Assembly (NCBI GenBank): GCA_963762255.1
Contig: CAVXKA010000001.1
Location: 608,001 to 672,000 of the forward strand
Reading direction: 5' to 3'
DNA length: 64,000 nucleotides
From: Candidatus Eiseniibacteriota bacterium
Lineage (GTDB): Bacteria > Eisenbacteria > RBG-16-71-46 > JABDJR01
A model generated the notes under the pieces. The model had not been told where the DNA came from. It worked only from the letters and a program-made list of their open reading frames with translations, and did no database searches. Positions 28,843 to 38,528 of the stretch are shown piece by piece. The translations under genes and the position numbers were made by a program. The number at the start of each line of letters is the position of its first letter. The first letter of the stretch is position 1.

Positions 28843-31539
28843 CTACTTCGCCCCTTCGATCTCCGCCTCCCAGTTCATCACCAGGTTGATGACCGACCGA
28901 CCCTGTACGCCGATCGGCATGCACACCGCGATCCGCTGGCCGTCGGGCGAGATATCGGCATCGACGAACCCGTGGGGCAGGCGAAGCAGCGGGCGCGGGG
29001 TCTCGAAGCGGAATGCCTCGCCGCACTCCGTCGCCGAGACCATGATGGTCTGGCCGTCTCCCCCGATGAAGTAGAGCTCTCCGCCGTCGCGACGCCAGCG
29101 CACCCATGAGGCCGTCGTGTTGACCAGCGGGTTCGCTCCCGCATCGGACACGCGGTACTTGCGGTCCAGGGACGGAAAGGACTGCACGTAGATCTCGAAG
29201 CGTCCCGATTCGTCCGAGCGGTAGGCGATCCACCGGCCATCTGGGGACACTACCGCATCCATTTCATTGAAACGGGTCTGGATGAGCGGCTTGGGCTCGC
29301 CGCGCCCGTCCGTGGGGACGGTCCAGATATCCTCGCTGGTCTCGCCGCTCAGCGAACGGTAGATGACGGTGCGCCCGTCGGGAGTGATGTCGGTAGGGTC
29401 GTTGAAGAGATTCGGCACGTCGGCCACCAGCTCCTCGGCGCCCGAACCGTCCGCGTTCTTCGCGTAGATGCTCCGTCCACCCCCGCGATCCGATCCGTAC
29501 AGCACCCGGCGTCCGTCAGGGGTCCAGGCCCCGTCGCTGTCGAATGTGCCGTCCACGGTGAAGCGGCTGGAGATATTGCGCGCGGCATCCGCCATGACCA
29601 ATGGAGAGACGGACAGCCCCAGCTTGCTGAAGTTGAACACGAGGTGCGCTCCGTCGGGAGAGAACCGAGGCGTGGTGTAGGTTCCGGGGGGGAGCGAAAG
29701 CGCTCCGCGCGCCTGCCCCGAGCGGTCTAGGAACTCGACCCGCGTGTCGGTGGAGCGCAGCTCACGCTGGACGAGAACCCCGTCCCGCGATGCCATGAGC
29801 ACCGGCGAGCCGGAGTAACTTGCGGTTGCATCCACCAGATCGCGGATCGGCTGCGGCGTTCCACGGAGGCTCATCCGGCCGGCGTCGAAGGGTTGAGCGA
29901 GGACGGTGCCCTGCCGGTTGAACAAGAGATACCCCGGCCCGGCGTAGACCGCCGTGCTGTTGGCGCTCAAGACCACCGGGCCCGGCTCGGGCGAGTCCAG
30001 CGAGCCGACGCGGGTCTCCTTTTCGTTAGCGAGGCCGGGTAAAGCCACGTACAGGAAGTGACGTCCGTCGGGGAGGAAGCTGGGGAAGCGGTGCGCGGTC
30101 TCCCCTTTCGAGGCATCGAGGGTAGTCGCCGGCTTCGGCGTTCCACCACTGGCCGGCACTTGCATGAGCGCGCCGGAGGCGGCGGGTGCGAAGACGATCA
30201 CGTCATCGGGGCTCCACGCGCCCCCGCGGGGGTTGGGCGCCGCGCAGATCGCCTGCACGCCCTGAGCGGCGACCGCCATGCGTCGCAGTTCTCCTCCGGC
30301 GAAGAAGGCGACGTTGCGGCTGTCGGGGGACCAGAAGGGTATTGCCGCGCCCTCCGTTCCCGGCATCGCGCGCGCCGTCGCGGAGGAGAGTGGGCGCAGC
30401 CACAGGCGCCGGGTTCCCGACGAGTCCTGCCCGACGAAAGCGAGCGTGGTCCCGTCGGGGGAGATCGTGATGTCCGGAACCTCGTCGCTCACCTCCACGC
30501 CGTCCGGAGCCTGCACCGAAACGCGCAGCGTACCCATCTCCGGCGCGTCCCCTCTGGCTCTCACAAGTGCGAACCCCGCCAGAGCTGTCGCGAGCACGGC
30601 AACGAGCGCGGCTGCGCCGATCTCCCAGCGAAACCGGCTGCGACGCGCCGAAGGCAGGACACTCGCGACGGCAGCCGGCGGGTCGGTGAACGCCTCCCCC
30701 AACTCGAGGCGCGCGTCGCCGATGTCCCGCAGACGCTCCTTCGGGTCCTTGCGCAGACACCGCCGCAACAGCTCCCGCACCCTCGGCGGCACGTTCGCCG
30801 GCAGCGCACTCCAGTCCGGTTCCCGCTCCAGGATCCTCGCGATCAGATCCGAGACCGTTTCTCCATCGTACAACTGCCGGTCGGTCAGACATTCGTACAG
30901 GACACACCCAAACGACCAGATGTCGGTGCGCCGGTCCACCACGCGACCCCGCGCCTGCTCCGGACTCATGTAGGCCGCGGTCCCCAGGATCACTCCCGCG
31001 CCGGTCGCCGCGTGCGCCAGCGTCGGCGAGTGCGAGATGTGAAAGTCCGATCCGTCGCCCCCCGCGGCGCTCTTCGCCAGCCCGAAGTCGAGCACCTTCA
31101 CCTTTCCATCGGGCGTGATCTTCACGTTGCCCGGCTTGAGATCGCGGTGGATCACCCCGCTCTCGTGCGCGGCTTCCACTCCCGCCGCGATCTGCCGGCA
31201 GATATCGATCGCCTCGTCGAGCGGCATGGGACCTCGCTGGAGCCGCTCGGCCAAGGTCGGTCCCTCGATGTACTCCAGTACCAGGTAGCGATCCCCCGCG
31301 ACCTCTTCCAAACCGTAGATCGCCGCGATGTTCGGATGGCTGAGCGTGGCGAGGAGTCGCGCTTCGCGCTCGAAGCGGCTCAGACGCTCCGGGTCGCGAG
31401 CGAAGGCGTCCGGCAGTGCCTTGATGGCGACGTCGCGCCCCAGCCGCGAGTCGTGAGCGCGATAGACCTCGCCCATGCCGCCGGCGCCGATCTTCTCGAG
31501 GACGGTGTAGGGACCCAGCGTGGAATCAGATAACGACAT
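28843..31539 (-). CDS. Ser/Thr protein kinase with TM and TolB-like PD40 beta-propeller
   Basis: IGAGGMGEVY, HRDLKPGN, DFGLAK, YMSPEQARG; repeated SPDG motifs. Confidence 0.95.
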   Translation of the reverse strand: MSLSDSTLGPYTVLEKIGAGGMGEVYRAHDSRLGRDVAIKALPDAFARDPERLSRFEREARLLATLSHPNIAAIYGLEEVAGDRYLVLEYIEGPTLAERLQRGPMPLDEAIDICRQIAAGVEAAHESGVIHRDLKPGNVKITPDGKVKVLDFGLAKSAAGGDGSDFHISHSPTLAHAATGAGVILGTAAYMSPEQARGRVVDRRTDIWSFGCVLYECLTDRQLYDGETVSDLIARILEREPDWSALPANVPPRVRELLRRCLRKDPKERLRDIGDARLELGEAFTDPPAAVASVLPSARRSRFRWEIGAAALVAVLATALAGFALVRARGDAPEMGTLRVSVQAPDGVEVSDEVPDITISPDGTTLAFVGQDSSGTRRLWLRPLSSATARAMPGTEGAAIPFWSPDSRNVAFFAGGELRRMAVAAQGVQAICAAPNPRGGAWSPDDVIVFAPAASGALMQVPASGGTPKPATTLDASKGETAHRFPSFLPDGRHFLYVALPGLANEKETRVGSLDSPEPGPVVLSANSTAVYAGPGYLLFNRQGTVLAQPFDAGRMSLRGTPQPIRDLVDATASYSGSPVLMASRDGVLVQRELRSTDTRVEFLDRSGQARGALSLPPGTYTTPRFSPDGAHLVFNFSKLGLSVSPLVMADAARNISSRFTVDGTFDSDGAWTPDGRRVLYGSDRGGGRSIYAKNADGSGAEELVADVPNLFNDPTDITPDGRTVIYRSLSGETSEDIWTVPTDGRGEPKPLIQTRFNEMDAVVSPDGRWIAYRSDESGRFEIYVQSFPSLDRKYRVSDAGANPLVNTTASWVRWRRDGGELYFIGGDGQTIMVSATECGEAFRFETPRPLLRLPHGFVDADISPDGQRIAVCMPIGVQGRSVINLVMNWEAEIEGAK

Positions 31540-31869
31540 CGGGATGCCTCCGAAGGGGAACGGGGAAGACCGACCCAGTTTACACACAAATGACAAATAA
31601 TGTCGTGTTTAATGCTGGGGGAGTCCGGCCGACGAGGGGCACGACCACCGACCCGCGCGACTGGTCCGGGCCTTGCATTATGCACTCCTCAGGAACGTCA
31701 TTCCGAACTCGGATACGGGCCCGCTTCGGTCCAGCATCAAGTGCGTCATGCGGTTAGCGCAGCCACCACGAACTGGACGCCGGCGCGAAGGCCGCCTCTT
31801 GGCCCAAAGCGTGGGTTGGAGTACCCAGGGGATCGGCAACATGAAATCCAATCGGGACGAAACCGCAGA

Positions 31870-32427
31870 ATGAAAACTCTCGCGACCGGGGCGCTCCTCA
31901 CCTGCCTCCTCTGGGCCGCACCCGTTGGGGCCCAGACTTTGAGCGGGACGGAGCTGGGAGTGGACTTCGGCTTCAACGTCAGCTTCATCGATGACAGCGA
32001 GCAGGAGGTCGTCTCGGTCGGTCTCCCCGCTTCCGACTTCAGCTCGTTGCTTCAGAACGTTCGGGTGGGATTTCCGGTGAGTTCCCGGGGACGCCTGGAG
32101 CCCGCCTTCGGGTTCTCCGCGCTCGACGACGGCTACACGACGTACTGGCGCGTGGGTCTCGGAGTGGACTACTTGTTTCTGCTATGCCCCGAGCCCTGCC
32201 GGGCCATGCCGTTCGTCCGCGTCGGGAACGTATTCAACGTCATGGGCTCCAGCAAGAAGTACAAGACGCAGATGGGGATCGCGGGTGGATCGGGGTTCGG
32301 GCTGATGCTCGGTGACGCCTGGGGGATTCGTGTCGAGGGCGGAGTCGTCCGGATGTTTCCAAACGGAGACGCGTCGGGACGCTGGGATATGACCGGGAAC
32401 GTGGGGTTATCCCTCTACCTGAACTAG
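31870..32427 (+). CDS. Outer-membrane beta-barrel protein
   Basis: Signal peptide, alternating beta-strand pattern, C-terminal VGLSLYLN. Confidence 0.7.
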   Translation: MKTLATGALLTCLLWAAPVGAQTLSGTELGVDFGFNVSFIDDSEQEVVSVGLPASDFSSLLQNVRVGFPVSSRGRLEPAFGFSALDDGYTTYWRVGLGVDYLFLLCPEPCRAMPFVRVGNVFNVMGSSKKYKTQMGIAGGSGFGLMLGDAWGIRVEGGVVRMFPNGDASGRWDMTGNVGLSLYLN

Positions 32428-32461
32428 GAGACGCGCGCCGCGAGAACTCGCGTGCCGACGT

Positions 32462-32511
32462 GCCGGGCCGTGAGTCCGACCGAATCATAGGTTCGGACTC
32501 TCCGGCCCGGC
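32462..32511. terminator. Long hairpin between convergent genes
   Basis: GCCGGGCCG-T-GAGTCCGA...TCGGACTC-TC-CGGCCCGGC; no T-tract. Confidence 0.5.
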
Positions 32512-32548
32512 GTCATGGGCCTCTTACACCGCGCGTTCCTTCCGCCGA

Positions 32549-34043
32549 CTATTCGAAGACGTGAACGTCTCCGCTGGCGTTACCGGTGAAGCTGTTCTGG
32601 CTTTCGAGCGTGGTCGGATTCGGGTATTCCCCACCGCCTAGCGAAATCCCCCAGCCGCCGCTGTAGTTGATCTCGCAGCTCGTGATCGAGGGCAGCGCGT
32701 CCTCGATCGACGATACTCTCGACCGCACCAATGCCCCCACCGTACTCGATCACGCAGTGCGCGAAACGCACCTGAGCGTCGACCACCGCACCGCTGATAT
32801 AGATGTGCCGCCAGTCCCCCGGTTGCGGGTTGGTCTGCGCGCTGGTGAAGGTAATCGGATTGGCGACCGTGCCTTCGGCAATAAGGCCGGCGGAGACCGT
32901 GTACCCGACATGTAGGTACGCATCGTCACCGAACTGGATCACCGTTCCGGGCTCGATCGTCACCACGGCGGTCCCCGTCTGGCTGCCGATGCCCACACCG
33001 TGGCCATCCGGTATGCGATACGGCACGCCGTGATCGCGCCAGGTGCCGCTCGTCTCGACGCCGCCATAGAACACCGTGATGGCGTCCTTGCCGGCCGCGT
33101 TGCCGGTGAAGCTGTTGCCCGCACCCATCTCGCGTATGTATTCGGGGTTGACCTCGAAGGGGTAGTCCCTGCAACCGGTGATGGTGTTGTTCGTGAATGC
33201 CGCCATGTGGGAGACCTGCTGCCAGAAGGTGATCCCCTTGCCGGCGCTGTGGCGGATTGTCGAATGGTCCATCTTCACGACCGCGCCAAAGTCGAGGAGG
33301 AGCGCCTGCTCGCCCTCGCGACCGGCGTATTCGATCGTGCAGTAGCTGAAGCGCGTCGTGGGAAGCGTGCTGTCGTGGAACGTGAAGCCGAACCAATCGC
33401 CGGGCGCCGCCGGGGTCTCGTTCGAGGTGAAGAGGATCGTCGAATCGGGCTTGCCGATGGCGATCAGGGCGCCGTCGCCCGCGCCGCCCCAGCCGCACAC
33501 GAAGCCCTTGTCCGTCTCGAAGCGCACGATGCAGCCGGGTTGAATGGTGAGCGTGGCACCGTTCTCGATGCCGATTTGCTCGGTCACGATGTGCGGGTTG
33601 CAGCAGGCGTACCAGATCTCGTTGGCGTCGATGTTCTCGGCGTGGTAGGTCGGCCCCGCGGGGCAGGGGCAGATCGTCACGGTCACCGTGGCGTCGCGCT
33701 CGTTGCCCGACGTGTCGATCGCCAGTGCGCGAAGGATGTGAACGCTGCCGCTGGCCAGGCCCGCGGCGTTCCACGTGTACTCGTAGACGTTGGACGCACC
33801 GCTGGCGTCCTCGCCGAGCTTTGTACCGTCGACGTAGAACTCGACCTTGGCGATCTCCACGTCGTCCGTCGCCTGCGCGCGAACGAGCACGGCGCTGGCG
33901 GGGACGGTAGATCCGTGGGTCGGCTGGATGAAGCTTACGGAGGGATCGGTCGTATCGTTCGGGTCGGTCCCCCCGTCGTCACCGTCGCAGGAGACGATGC
34001 ACAAGGCGGCACACAGGGTGAGAGGAATGAGAGCCCTGAACAT
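32549..34043 (-). CDS. Lipoprotein with bacterial Ig-like domain and beta-helix repeats (frameshift ~32715)
   Basis: Lipobox IVS-C; ATDDVEIAKVEFYVDG...AIDTSGN; two TIxPG...G....I.FTS....PGDW repeats. Confidence 0.8.
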
Positions 34044-34274
34044 GGATCGAGGTCCTTTCCTTGACATCGCGATTGCGGCGTTACGATCGCGGTTCACCAA
34101 TAGGAGTGGAGGCTCGGATTCGGTTTCCGATCGCCTTCGGACGCGCGCAGTCTAGGCCACGACAACTCCGGCGTATAGTATTAAACAGTAAGAAAATAGA
34201 CCGCAATTGTCATCAGACAATATTTATCAATTCAGAGGCATTTCTCGGGATCAGGCGTCGCCGCCAGCGTGCGA

Positions 34275-35285
34275 CTATCGAACCGGTGCGCTCCGCTGCG
34301 ATCGCCTGCGCAGGGAGCCGAGGAACGCGAAGCGCCTCCGTCTGCCGAAACCGCCGACCCGCTTCTCGATCAACCGGACAACCAGAATCCACGTCACAAA
34401 CCCGAAGAACACCATGCCGAGACTGAACAGCGCATAGGAGACCCGCCAGTCCAGGCGGTCCGTCATCATGCTCCACTCGGACATACCGCCGATACTCGCG
34501 ATCAGGTTGAGGGGCAGAAACACGATGTTGATCAGCGTGAGATTCTTCAGCAGCACGTTCATGTTGTTGTTGACGATCGTCCCGCGGGCATCCATGAGGC
34601 CGCTGAGAACCGAGCTGTAGATGTGCGCTTGCCGCGAGGACTGGCGATTCTCCAGCACGATGTCATCCAGCAATTCGGTTTGTGCCTCGCTCAGAGCCAG
34701 CCGGCCGGCCATGTGCCGAAGCCGGTCCAGAACGGCGCCGTTCGCTTCGATGGCGTCCACGTAGTAGATCAAGCTCTCGCTGAGGGCGAACATCTGGAGC
34801 AGATACCGATTTTCCATGGACGTGGTGATCTTCTGCTCGAGCTCGGTGCTCAATTGCTTGATGACTCTCAAATGGCCGACGTAGTGGCGCACGGTGTGAA
34901 GCAGGCTCCCCAACAAGACGTCGGCCGGAGCGTTGGCTCCACGGAACTCTCTTGCCGAGAAGGGAATTCGGCCTTCATTCATGATGATGGCGAGGCGGTT
35001 CTCCCCGATGACGAACCCGACCGAGGACACTCCCAGTTGCAGCTGCTCGCCGACCTCCGTCTTCCTCGGAGTCTTCCAGATCATGAATACGTGGTCGGCC
35101 GAAGCCTCGAGTCGCGCCACCTCTTCGGAGTCGAGCGCCGAATCCACGTCATAGGCGTCGAGATCGAGATGCTCCATGAGGAAGGTCTTCTCCCGGTCGT
35201 CGGGCGCTTCGAAGACCAGGAGGTTCGCCTCTCTCTCGGCAGACTCGCGGATTACACCATTCTCCACCAGGAACAGCGTTTGCAT
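34275..35285 (-). CDS. corA: CorA family divalent cation transporter
   Basis: NNMNVLLKNLTLINIVFLPLNLIASIGGMSE plus second TM helix (GMS variant of GMN). Confidence 0.85.
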   Translation of the reverse strand: MQTLFLVENGVIRESAEREANLLVFEAPDDREKTFLMEHLDLDAYDVDSALDSEEVARLEASADHVFMIWKTPRKTEVGEQLQLGVSSVGFVIGENRLAIIMNEGRIPFSAREFRGANAPADVLLGSLLHTVRHYVGHLRVIKQLSTELEQKITTSMENRYLLQMFALSESLIYYVDAIEANGAVLDRLRHMAGRLALSEAQTELLDDIVLENRQSSRQAHIYSSVLSGLMDARGTIVNNNMNVLLKNLTLINIVFLPLNLIASIGGMSEWSMMTDRLDWRVSYALFSLGMVFFGFVTWILVVRLIEKRVGGFGRRRRFAFLGSLRRRSQRSAPVR

Positions 35286-35345
35286 CTTGGACCCCCGCCT
35301 CGTGTTTGTAGGAGGAAGGTGGCGCGCGCCGACGATGGCGATCCG

Positions 35346-36293
35346 CTACTCTCCCAGGATCCAGGTTCCCGTCTTCCCCGCCAGCGCTTCCTTGATCGTC
35401 TCCGGCTTGGTGACGAGTCCCTTCCCCTTCGGGTTGGCTTCCAGGAACGCGATGATGGCTTCGATCTTCGGGCCCATGCTCCCGGACAGGAAATGCCCCT
35501 CAGCGAGGTACTTCTTCGCCTCGCCGAGTGTCATCGAGTCCAGCCACTTCTGGTCGGGCTTGTTGAAATTGACCGCCACCTTCTCCACCGCGGTCGAGAT
35601 CAGGAACACATCGGCGTGCAACTCCGCGGCGAGGAGGCTGCTCGCCCGATCCTTGTCGATGACGGCGAAGGTCCCCTTGATGTGCCCCTTCGCGTCCTTC
35701 ACCACCGGAATGCCGCCTCCGCCCACCGCGATCACGATGAGGCCGGCCTGGATCAAGTTCTTGATCGCGTCCAACTCCACGATCTCCAGCGGGGCGGGTG
35801 ACGCGATCATCCGCCGCCAGCCGCGGCCGGCGTCTTCCTTCACGATCCAACCCTGCTTCTCGAAGACTTCGGCGTTCTCCTTTGTGGTGAACCCGCCGAT
35901 ACCCTTGGTGGGATTCTTGAAGCCGGGGTCGTTGCCGTCCACTACGACCTGCGTCACCATCGCCGCGACCTGTCTCTGGATCCCGCGCTGCTTGAATTCG
36001 TTGAAGAGCGCGAGGGAGATCATGTAGCCGATCGATCCCTGGGTGTCCGCCCCGATCACGTCGAGCGGGGTGAAGTGGACTTCCGGGGCGGCCAGCTCGT
36101 TCCGCCGGAGGATGAAGCCCACCTGGGGGCCGTTGCCGTGGGTGACCACGACGTTCCACCCCTGTTCGATCATGTCGGCCACGTGCTTGCAGGTCTCTTC
36201 GACCGCGTGCACCTGCGATCCGACGTCCTCGTGCTGCTTATCGCTGATAAGAGAGTTGCCGCCGATGGCGACGACCGCCAGTTTTCCGCTCAT
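35346..36293 (-). CDS. arcC: Carbamate kinase
   Basis: AIGGNSL, THGNGPQVG, PTKGIG, GGGGIPV, VIDKD, GSMGPK. Confidence 0.95.
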   Translation of the reverse strand: MSGKLAVVAIGGNSLISDKQHEDVGSQVHAVEETCKHVADMIEQGWNVVVTHGNGPQVGFILRRNELAAPEVHFTPLDVIGADTQGSIGYMISLALFNEFKQRGIQRQVAAMVTQVVVDGNDPGFKNPTKGIGGFTTKENAEVFEKQGWIVKEDAGRGWRRMIASPAPLEIVELDAIKNLIQAGLIVIAVGGGGIPVVKDAKGHIKGTFAVIDKDRASSLLAAELHADVFLISTAVEKVAVNFNKPDQKWLDSMTLGEAKKYLAEGHFLSGSMGPKIEAIIAFLEANPKGKGLVTKPETIKEALAGKTGTWILGE

Positions 36294-36344
36294 GATGTGC
36301 TCCTTGGTACCGGCGGGGCCGGATGGGGGCGTCCGCGCGCCGTC

Positions 36345-37322
36345 CTACATCGTCAACGCCATGACCGCCTTCTGGGCGTGCATGCGGTTCTCGGCCTCGT
36401 CGTACACCACCGACTGCGGACCGTCCATCACGCCGTCGGTCACCTCGATGTTGCGATCCGCGGGGAGCGGATGCATGTAGATCGCGTCCGGCTTGGCCAG
36501 CTTCATGCGCCGCTCGTCGGTGATCCAGCTCGAGTACTTCTTGATGATCTTCGCGCCTTCCTCGGCGTCCGGTGTGTGCACCATCGCGCCCCACGACTTC
36601 GCGTAGACGATGTCGGCGTCCTTGAACGCCTTGTCCATGTCGTCCACCACCTCGAAGCCGGCGCCGAACTGCTTCGCCTGCGCGCGGGCCGCCTCCATGA
36701 CCTCCGGCATCAGCTTGAACTCCGGCGGATGCGCGAGCACCACGTCCATGCCGAACCGCGGCATCTGCAGGATGAGCGACTGCGGCACCGACATCGGCTT
36801 CTGGTACGAAGCCGCGTACGCCCACGAGACCACCATCTTCTTCCGGCGCAGATCGCGCCCCTTCTTCTCGATGATGGTCATGAGGTCGGCCAGGCACTGG
36901 AACGGGTGGTAGATGTCGCACTGCATGTTGAGCACCGGCACCCGCGACGCCTTGGCCACCGCGTTCAGGTAGCCGTTGCCGATCCCCCAGTCCACGTGGC
37001 GGATCGCGATGCCGTCGTAGTAGCGGCCGAAGATCTCGCCGATCTCCTTGGGCGTGTCGCCGTGGGAGATCTGGGTCGACTTGCTCTCGATGAATGCGCC
37101 GTGCCCGCCGAGCTGGGCCATCCCCGCCTCGAACGAGCCGCGCGTGCGCGTGCTGGAGAAGAAGAACAGCATCGCCAGCACCTTGTCGCGCAGGTAGGCG
37201 TGCGGCTCGCCGAGCGCCCGCTTGCGCTTCAGGTCGAACGCCACGTCCATGACGGTCTCGACCTCTTCCTTCGTGAAATCCAGGTCGCCGATCAGGTCGC
37301 GACCGTGCAGATAGGTTTGCAT
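36345..37322 (-). CDS. Carbamoyltransferase, YgeW-like
   Basis: SSTRT, HPFQ, HPLP; SWAYAASYQKPMSVPQSL...RFGMDVVLAHP matches YgeW WAYSPSYGKPLSVPQG. Confidence 0.8.
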   Translation of the reverse strand: MQTYLHGRDLIGDLDFTKEEVETVMDVAFDLKRKRALGEPHAYLRDKVLAMLFFFSSTRTRGSFEAGMAQLGGHGAFIESKSTQISHGDTPKEIGEIFGRYYDGIAIRHVDWGIGNGYLNAVAKASRVPVLNMQCDIYHPFQCLADLMTIIEKKGRDLRRKKMVVSWAYAASYQKPMSVPQSLILQMPRFGMDVVLAHPPEFKLMPEVMEAARAQAKQFGAGFEVVDDMDKAFKDADIVYAKSWGAMVHTPDAEEGAKIIKKYSSWITDERRMKLAKPDAIYMHPLPADRNIEVTDGVMDGPQSVVYDEAENRMHAQKAVMALTM

Positions 37323-37359
37323 TTCCGTCTCCTTGCCGTCGGGGGGTTCCCCGCCGAAG

Positions 37360-38316
37360 CTATTCGCGAGCCCCCAGCACCAGCGCCAGAAGCGACATGC
37401 GCATCACGACCCCGTAGAACGCCTCCTGCCAGTAGCGCGACCAGCGGGTGATGTCCACGTCGGCCGGGATCTCGTCCATGCGCGGCAGCGAGTGGAGCAG
37501 GATGGCGTCCGACTTGGCCTTTGTGGTGAGGAGTTCGCGGGTGATCTTGTAGTTGGCGGGGGTGAGGCCCACGTCCTTCCCGGCGCGCTCGTCGCGGGAC
37601 TTCGTGTAGTCGGGTTGCACCACCGGCTCCACCAGGATGACGTCGGCGTCCGCGATCGCCTGCTCGACGTGCTCCGCCTCTTTGAAGTTCAGGCTGTAGG
37701 GCTTGAGCTCTTCCTTGAACTCCTTGGTGAGCGCCATGTCGGGCGGAGCCACGAAGGTGATCGGGCAGTCGAACTGGGTGAGCGCGTGGGCCAGCGAGTG
37801 CATCGTGCGCATGCGCATGTCGCCCACCGCGAGCCACTTCAGCCCGTCGATGCGACCCTTCTCCTGAAGCACGGTGTAGAGGTCGGTCAGGATCTGCGTG
37901 GGGTGCTCGCCCCAGCCGTCGCCGCCGTTGATGATCGGAATCGAGGACCACTTGGCCGCCTCGTGGGGCGCGCCCTGCTGAAAGTGACGCATGACGATCA
38001 CGTCGCCGTAGAACTCCAGCATCTTCACGGTGTCCTTGATGGACTCCTGGTAGAAATCGCCGGCGCGGGTCATCTTGGCGTCGGAGAAGCCGGTCACGTG
38101 CCCGCCCAGGCGGTGCATGGCCGCCTCGTGGGCGAGCCGCGTGCGGGTGGACGGCTGGTAGAACGCCGTCACCATCGTCTTCTCGCAGAGCATGTCGCTG
38201 TTGCGACGGCTCTTGGCGATGGGCTCGAGCGCCTTCGCCGTCTCGAACACGTGGAAGAACTCGTTTCGCTCAAAATCCTTGAGCGAGAGAATGTCGCGAC
38301 CCATGAAACTCTTCAC
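37360..38316 (-). CDS. Aspartate carbamoyltransferase-like enzyme with altered substrate pocket
   Basis: GTG 38316 with GAGGAGG RBS; PSTRT, MRH, HPTQ, RTMHSL; but EPVVQ replaces TRxQ and HSLP replaces HPLP. Confidence 0.8.
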   Translation of the reverse strand: MKSFMGRDILSLKDFERNEFFHVFETAKALEPIAKSRRNSDMLCEKTMVTAFYQPSTRTRLAHEAAMHRLGGHVTGFSDAKMTRAGDFYQESIKDTVKMLEFYGDVIVMRHFQQGAPHEAAKWSSIPIINGGDGWGEHPTQILTDLYTVLQEKGRIDGLKWLAVGDMRMRTMHSLAHALTQFDCPITFVAPPDMALTKEFKEELKPYSLNFKEAEHVEQAIADADVILVEPVVQPDYTKSRDERAGKDVGLTPANYKITRELLTTKAKSDAILLHSLPRMDEIPADVDITRWSRYWQEAFYGVVMRMSLLALVLGARE

Positions 38317-38406
38317 TGCCGTACCTCCTCGGATCTCGTTCTGATGTCGCCGCGCGCCAAGACATGGGTCGCGCGGTCTCGAAAAGACGTCGCCAGGCAC
38401 CGCCTG

Positions 38407-38452
38407 GCCCCGTTTGCGGGGCAGGAGATGCCCCGTTTGCGGGGCAGGAGAT
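38407..38452. repeat. Perfect 23-bp tandem repeat x2 with internal palindrome
   Basis: GCCCCGTTTGCGGGGCAGGAGAT at 38407-38429 and 38430-38452. Confidence 0.9.
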
Positions 38453-38528
38453 TCTATCAGGCTCAGAACCCGATGCAACCGCGGGTTTTGAGCAGGGCGC
38501 GGCGGGGCGCGTGTGCTATTCTGGCGCG

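Noticed and set aside
34275-35285. GMS in place of the CorA GMN motif as a novelty
   Set aside because: Motif variants occur in CorA/ZntB-like subfamilies; not enough alone.
38407-38452. Possible mini-CRISPR
   Set aside because: Only two abutting repeats, no spacer, no cas genes.
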